64,000 nt of DNA, taken from contig CDMY01000531.1 in assembly GCA_001179505.1 (NCBI GenBank), positions 248,001 to 312,000 of the forward strand, given 5' to 3'. Positions 59,015-64,000 of this stretch are shown piece by piece (position 1 is the first letter of the stretch; each line of letters begins with the position of its first letter). The translations under genes and the position numbers were made by a program. Under the pieces are notes generated by a model. It did not search any database. It saw only the letters and a list, made by a program, of their open reading frames with translations, and was not told where the DNA came from. The DNA comes from Vitrella brassicaformis CCMP3155. Its lineage: Eukaryota > Protista > Chromerida.

Positions 59015-60570
59015 ATGAATCTGCTGAGTGTCGCGCTGTTGCTGTCCCTCCTGACCCCCTCCTTTGCCACTTGGCCATGGGAGGAGTGGTGGCGGGGCGG
59101 GCCGAGCGTCTCGGCCTCATCGGCGCCAGCAGAAACGGCACATGCAGCTCGGCCGGCCCAGCAACCGATGAAGGCTGCCCCGGCAGCACAGACACAAGCG
59201 CAAGCAGAATCAGGAGCAGAGCCGCAGCAACAGCCGACGAATGCTCATGCCCATGCAGCAACCGCCGAGCAAGAGCCAGAGAGGCAGGAGCCGGTGCACA
59301 AGACCGCTGCCGCCTCATCTGCCGCAGCGTCAGCCCGTCCAGAAGGCGGCGGCCTGCTCTTCCCAGACGAGCTTGAGAAATACAGCGTGGCGGAGCTGCT
59401 GCAGCTCTTCCATGAGGGCTCGGGGGAGGGCGACCTTCCCCTGGGTATGGCATTCGGCCGCGTGCAGAAGCACCTGCCCGACCTGGAGCTCTATTTTCAA
59501 GAGACAGAGGGGGAGGGACGGCTGGCCCGCCTGGAGAGGGAGATGAGGTCGGCAGAGGGAGAGGACACCCTGGCTTCCCTGCGCAAGAAGTACAACACCA
59601 CTGGTGAGGTGGACGACCTCCTGCCGGGCCAGAAGCTCTTCCATGAGGCGCTGATGAACGGGCTGAACACGACCAACAGCAGCAGAACAGTGGGCGAAGG
59701 AGACTTCTCTGATGTGGCCAGGGTGCTGGGTGATCTTGGGCTGAAGGTGGTGGAGCGGTTCCTGCAGTTCTTCGAGGAGGGTATTTGGACGGGCAAGCTG
59801 TTCATGGAGGTCAGTGGGCTTGTGAAGGAGAGGAAAGGACACCCGCCGCATCTCTGATGTGTGATCCATCTGTCCATGTCCGTTGCGTGCACTGCAGACC
59901 AAGTGCCAGGGCAAGCCTTTCAACTGGTACTTCAACATGTGGGACCCCGGCCACTTTCTCCTTCCCGTCATATCAGACAAGTACCTCGCCCAGGCCATCA
60001 TCGGTGCGCACGCACTCCGGCCACAAGTGCACACACTCGTCGGGCTGTGAGGATCGATCTGTCTGTCTCTCTGTGTGTCACAGCTGCGCCCGGCTACTTG
60101 TATCATGGGCAGGTCGAGAACGAGAACGTGAGGATCGACGACAAGCAGAGCATCGTCATCAGATACGACATCAAGCCAGCCATGTGCCCAGGTGTGGTGA
60201 CAGATCCAGCCCCCACCTCGTTGCTCTATGACGCACTTGCCATCCCCCCCCTCCCTCTCTCCCTCTCTGTCTATGTGTGTGTGTTTGCTGACCGATCAAT
60301 CACCCAGGTCCGACGACCAGCATGAAGATCGTGTCCCTTTGGAACCCCTTTGGCATCAATCTGGTGGTGGACGACGTGCGTGAGCTCGTCACGGTCAAGA
60401 AGGGCCTTTACATGGGGTTGGTGTACCTTAACCTCGGCAAGTACTGGCCCCTGGTGCAGATCTACAGCCTCGAGACACCCGTGTACGACGACGACGGTGA
60501 CGGTGACGATGACGATGACGACGACAAGGATGGCGATGACGAAGACACCAAAGAAACGACAGACAGATGA
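59015..60570 (+). CDS. Secreted hypothetical protein B with Ala/Gln-rich linker and acidic tail; remote relative of A and C
   Basis: Signal peptide MNLLSVALLLSLLTPSFA, then ELLQLFHEG, GIWTGKLFME|TKCQG, SIVIRYD, VVDDVRELV..GLYMGLVY and a poly-Asp tail. Confidence 0.7.
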
Positions 60571-61261
60571 CGGAGCGATGGATCCATATATGCCATGCCA
60601 TGCCTGCCTCCCTAATGCTTTGTACGTTTCAGTGTATATATGTCTAGCTAGGTACGTTGGTTTTGCATTGAAACGTGTCTAGGTTTGTATATATTTCCCT
60701 TGTATATATGTCTAGGTTTTGCTGGGATACGTTGGTAGACGAGTAGAGGTCATATGTACAGCAGCTCAGAGGCGCCGCTCAAATGTGTGGCATCACATAG
60801 GAGGCTGTCAGTAGTCGAGGCAGGTCATCACCTAATTCAGACGACTGTATCTGTCTGTGTGCGCGGCCGGTTTTGTACGAGAGCTGAGCGGGTATCCATC
60901 TGGCTGCGTGTCTGCCTGCATGCCTCCTTTGTCACATGTATATAACTCCTGCCGCCATTTCCTTCCTTCATGTTGCCCTTTGGTCTATGTGGTGCGTGTC
61001 TGTGCCAGCGAATGTATGTCTGTGTTTATACGGGAATGTATGTATGTATGTATGTGTGCGTGTGTGTGTATGGCTGTCTGTGTCCGATACGGCTAATACG
61101 ACATACATAATGTCGCTTTAGATGTTGCCAATCAAAACCGTATTGCGAAAAAAAGAAGTCATGTCTCTGGCTCGCAAAAACGCAACGGGCACCGTACAGT
61201 CGTGTAAACACAACTGACCGGAGGCGACGGAGCTGAGAATCCCGAAACGGAAAGGGGCAAG

Positions 61262-62122
61262 ATGAAGAGCTTTGGAGTGTGTGTCGTTGCCTGCTTGTTG
61301 GCACTCGTGCCGCTGGCAAATTGCGGCTGCCTCGACAGGGAGGACCACCCGATCAGCCACCCGAAGCAACTGAGGAAACTAGACCCAAAGAAACTCGACG
61401 AGATCTTCACACATGGTCAGCAGCGCAGCCCAGCGGATGGCGACGTCCACACGGATGCTTGTGCGTGTGCCTATGCGTGTGTGTGTGTGTGCAGGGTGCA
61501 TTGAGGACAAGATGATGCTGGGCCCGGCTTACGGCGAGGTCATAGCGACGATGCTGCCCTTCCCCTTCGACTATGTGTACCAGGAGCTGTTCGGGCTGGC
61601 CTGGGAGGGCACCTTCATGCAGAAAACGCACTGCAAGGGGGAGGACTTCCACTTCCACTTCTCTCTCCTCAACCCGCTCGACGGCTCCAAGGTAGACAGA
61701 CACACGCACCCTGTGTGTGCCGCATCATCTGTGTGAGTGTCTGTGTTGCCCTCCCTCCCCCTCTGTGTGTGCAGCTGTTCAAGAGCCAGGTCACATGGTT
61801 CCCCGCCAAGGCGTCCATCGGCAAGCTGCCTGACAAGCACAAGCGGCTCGACGATGAGAAGTCCTACATCTACGACTACTCCGTCTCCAAGACCGACTGC
61901 CCGGACGAGGTGTCGCCCTGGGGTCGGCAGAAGTACCCCTTCGACAACCCCCCGCCCCTCAAGCTGATCTACGACGAGGCGCGCATCGTGGGTGTGTATG
62001 ACGACAAGCCCATCCAGCTGGTGCGGGTCTTTTTGAATGTCTACGAGAAGCTGCTAATACCCATCTGGTACGAGATGTACGTCAGCGGCGAACAGCCGAC
62101 GGACGGCGAGTCTGATGAGTAG
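61262..62122 (+). CDS. Secreted Cys-containing hypothetical protein C (paralog of A), 3 exons
   Basis: MKSFGVCVVACLLALVPLANCGCLDREDHP...GPAYGEVI...LFGLAWEGTFMQKTHCKGEDF...YIYDYSVSKTDCPDEVS..GRQKYPFDNPPP...DEARIVG. Confidence 0.8.
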
Positions 62123-62850
62123 GCAGGGCAGGAGAGCTTGGGGTGGGTTGGGGGCGACAGAGAGATGAGTGCACTGCACGATGCATGTATCAATTCGATC
62201 AGGACAGTGAGTGCAGACAGGCCGTGAGCGTGCGTGAGTGAGTGATGCGTGTGGGTGATGGTTTTTTGGGCGTCCCGCGTGCAAAAGACACACATGGGGC
62301 CCTCCCCTCCTCTCCCCCTTCTGCGTGTAATGGCGTGATGTGCCTGTGCTGCTGCAATGAGGTATGAGATTTGAGGTGTGAGATGGATGGGTGGCGGATG
62401 GCTTTGTTGGGAGTTGGTAGTTGCTGTGTGGGCCAGCCGATGGTTCAACCACTCTCATGCCCTGCGTGTGTGAAGACATACATGCGCCAGCATGCAGCTG
62501 CTGGGCACCTACATGCCTCCGTGTGTCAGATCAGACAGACTCTTGAGAGCTGGGCTGGAGCGGCTGGACTAGAGAGGGATGGGCGTCTCGGTGTGTCGGG
62601 CAAGATTGCCCTGATTGCGTTGGATTGCCGTGCCCGCGGTCATTTATCGACTCGTTCACACCTCACTCAGCACACGCAGCAGGTGTCTATCTGCCTGTCT
62701 GCCAAGTCAACATTGACCTCATCTCGTTGGTCCACAGATGGCCCTGGAAGTCTTCAGCAGCAGAAGCAGGGCTCACTAATTACTTACACACACCGATCAA
62801 GCAATCGATGTCTTGTCACTCTCACACAGCAACATCCATCCCTCACTCCA

Positions 62851-63336
62851 TCACGACTGGCTGAAGAGCTGCCTCGATATGTGCTCACGGGCACTCGCCA
62901 AGGCCTATGGTGGCACACACAGATAGACACAGGCAGGGGTGGAGCGATTCGCGTCAGTCTGTGCGTGCAAGTGTGACGGGACTTTGGTCGCTCACCGCCT
63001 GGAATGGTTGTCCCTCCTGCGGCTCTCCCTCGAGCATGTTGCTGCGCTGTGTGATGATAGCAGGGTCGGTCCCGAAGATGATCCTACACACACACACACA
63101 CAGACACACAGGGAGCCGTGTGTGCCGCGTCGTTCTGTCCATCCCGCTGACTGACCCGCCATCCGTGCATTCGTCGAGCATGAGGAACAGCGAGTCCAGG
63201 TGCTCAAGCAGAGACCGACGCCACACCTGGTTCCTGAGGCAGATGAGATAAGGAAGGTATGGGAGGTGAGATGACACACACACGTCACACGTCACACGTC
63301 AGCCACAGGCAGCACACCAAACCAAATACACAGAGC

Positions 63337-63369
<33 letters not shown>

Positions 63370-63617
63370 AGCCACCCACCAACCTACCCAGTGATAGTGC
63401 AGATGCACTGGTAGATGGCGTTCATGAGCTCCAGCAGCATCAGCTCGTTCTCATCCCCCTCGCCCACCAGGTACACCACCACATCGTTCGAAGACCGGAA
63501 CAGAGCCAAATACTCGCCGACCATCATGATCTCAACTGCACCATCCCAACACGCACACACACACACGCAGCGAGTGAAGCGCTGGCCCATCTGTATCTCT
63601 CTCTATATATATCTCCA

Positions 63618-63652
<35 letters not shown>

Positions 63653-63846
63653 ATGTGTGTGTGTGCCTGCCTCCCTCGCCCACCGTCATTGCGCCCGGTT
63701 AGCCTGTTTGACTTCTCTGAGAGCTGTTTCTCGAACTTTTGCTGCGCTGCAAAGTCCTTGAAGTCGTCGTGCTCCCCAAAGTACTTGACGGCAATCCGCC
63801 CCCCGTCGCTGTCCAGCACCACTATCGCAGCCACCTGGTTGTGCAT
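62851..63846 (-). CDS. COPZ: Coatomer subunit zeta, 5 exons
   Basis: MHNQVAAIVVLDSDGGRIAVKYF...QQKFEKQL...|VEIMM...NELMLLELMN...|LLEHLDSLFLMLDECTDGG|IIFGTDP...|ALASAREHISRQLFSQS*. Confidence 0.93.
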
Positions 63847-64000
63847 CTTGCAATCGCTCACTCACTCACAGCACCAACATCCACAAGCAGTGACGCAAAA
63901 CAGTAGGCAGAGTGAGCGCTTGTCTGAGAGCTCTTGGCAGGCCTTGGCAGGCGCTGTTTTGGTTGAAACAGATCTTCAAGTTCTTCTGAGCTCGCAAGTG

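Noticed and set aside
60620-61110. AT-rich stretch with repeated tatatgtctag as a mobile element
   Set aside because: Short imperfect repeats only, with no termini or coding remnant; most likely 3' UTR or intergenic sequence.
11658-63846. Functional clustering of two coat genes (TTRAY1-like and zeta-COP)
   Set aside because: They are about 44 kb apart with many unrelated genes between, and belong to different complexes.
1-64000. tRNA, rRNA or CRISPR loci
   Set aside because: No cloverleaf, rRNA-like conserved blocks or repeat-spacer arrays were recognised by eye; a covariance-model scan would be needed to exclude small ncRNAs.

Overview
This is eukaryotic nuclear DNA: GC-rich and intron-dense, with introns full of (GT)n, (GATG)n, (GACA)n and (GA)n microsatellites, plus four 300-N scaffold gaps. 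Gene content (Alba, a bipartite-leader Derlin, apicomplexan-like H2A/H2B, expanded lineage-specific families) suggests a chromerid alveolate such as Vitrella brassicaformis; that assignment is inference. I reconstructed about 20 spliced genes by hand from GT-AG junctions. They include Alba, a TSET-coat TTRAY1/TWD40-1-like giant, a BTB protein, a plastid-type Der1, a PH-only protein, a rhodanese, a PIR1-like RNA triphosphatase fused to an NPPF methyltransferase, a divergent H2B/H2A pair, a PIWI Argonaute, a PanB-PanE-PanC trifunctional enzyme, a pseudokinase, duplicated atypical-kinase cassettes, three related secreted proteins and zeta-COP. Best leads: (1) a 28-nt element, 27/28 identical, behind both intron-containing histone genes; it folds into a 6-bp stem with a 4-nt loop followed by ACCA, the geometry of the histone mRNA stem-loop with a different sequence; (2) the RNA 5'-triphosphatase/N6-adenine methyltransferase fusion; (3) a PIWI lacking two slicer residues; (4) the single-polypeptide pantothenate pathway; (5) paired cassettes with shared ends but different kinase cargo. 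All homology calls come from remembered motifs, not database searches, and exon boundaries are manual.
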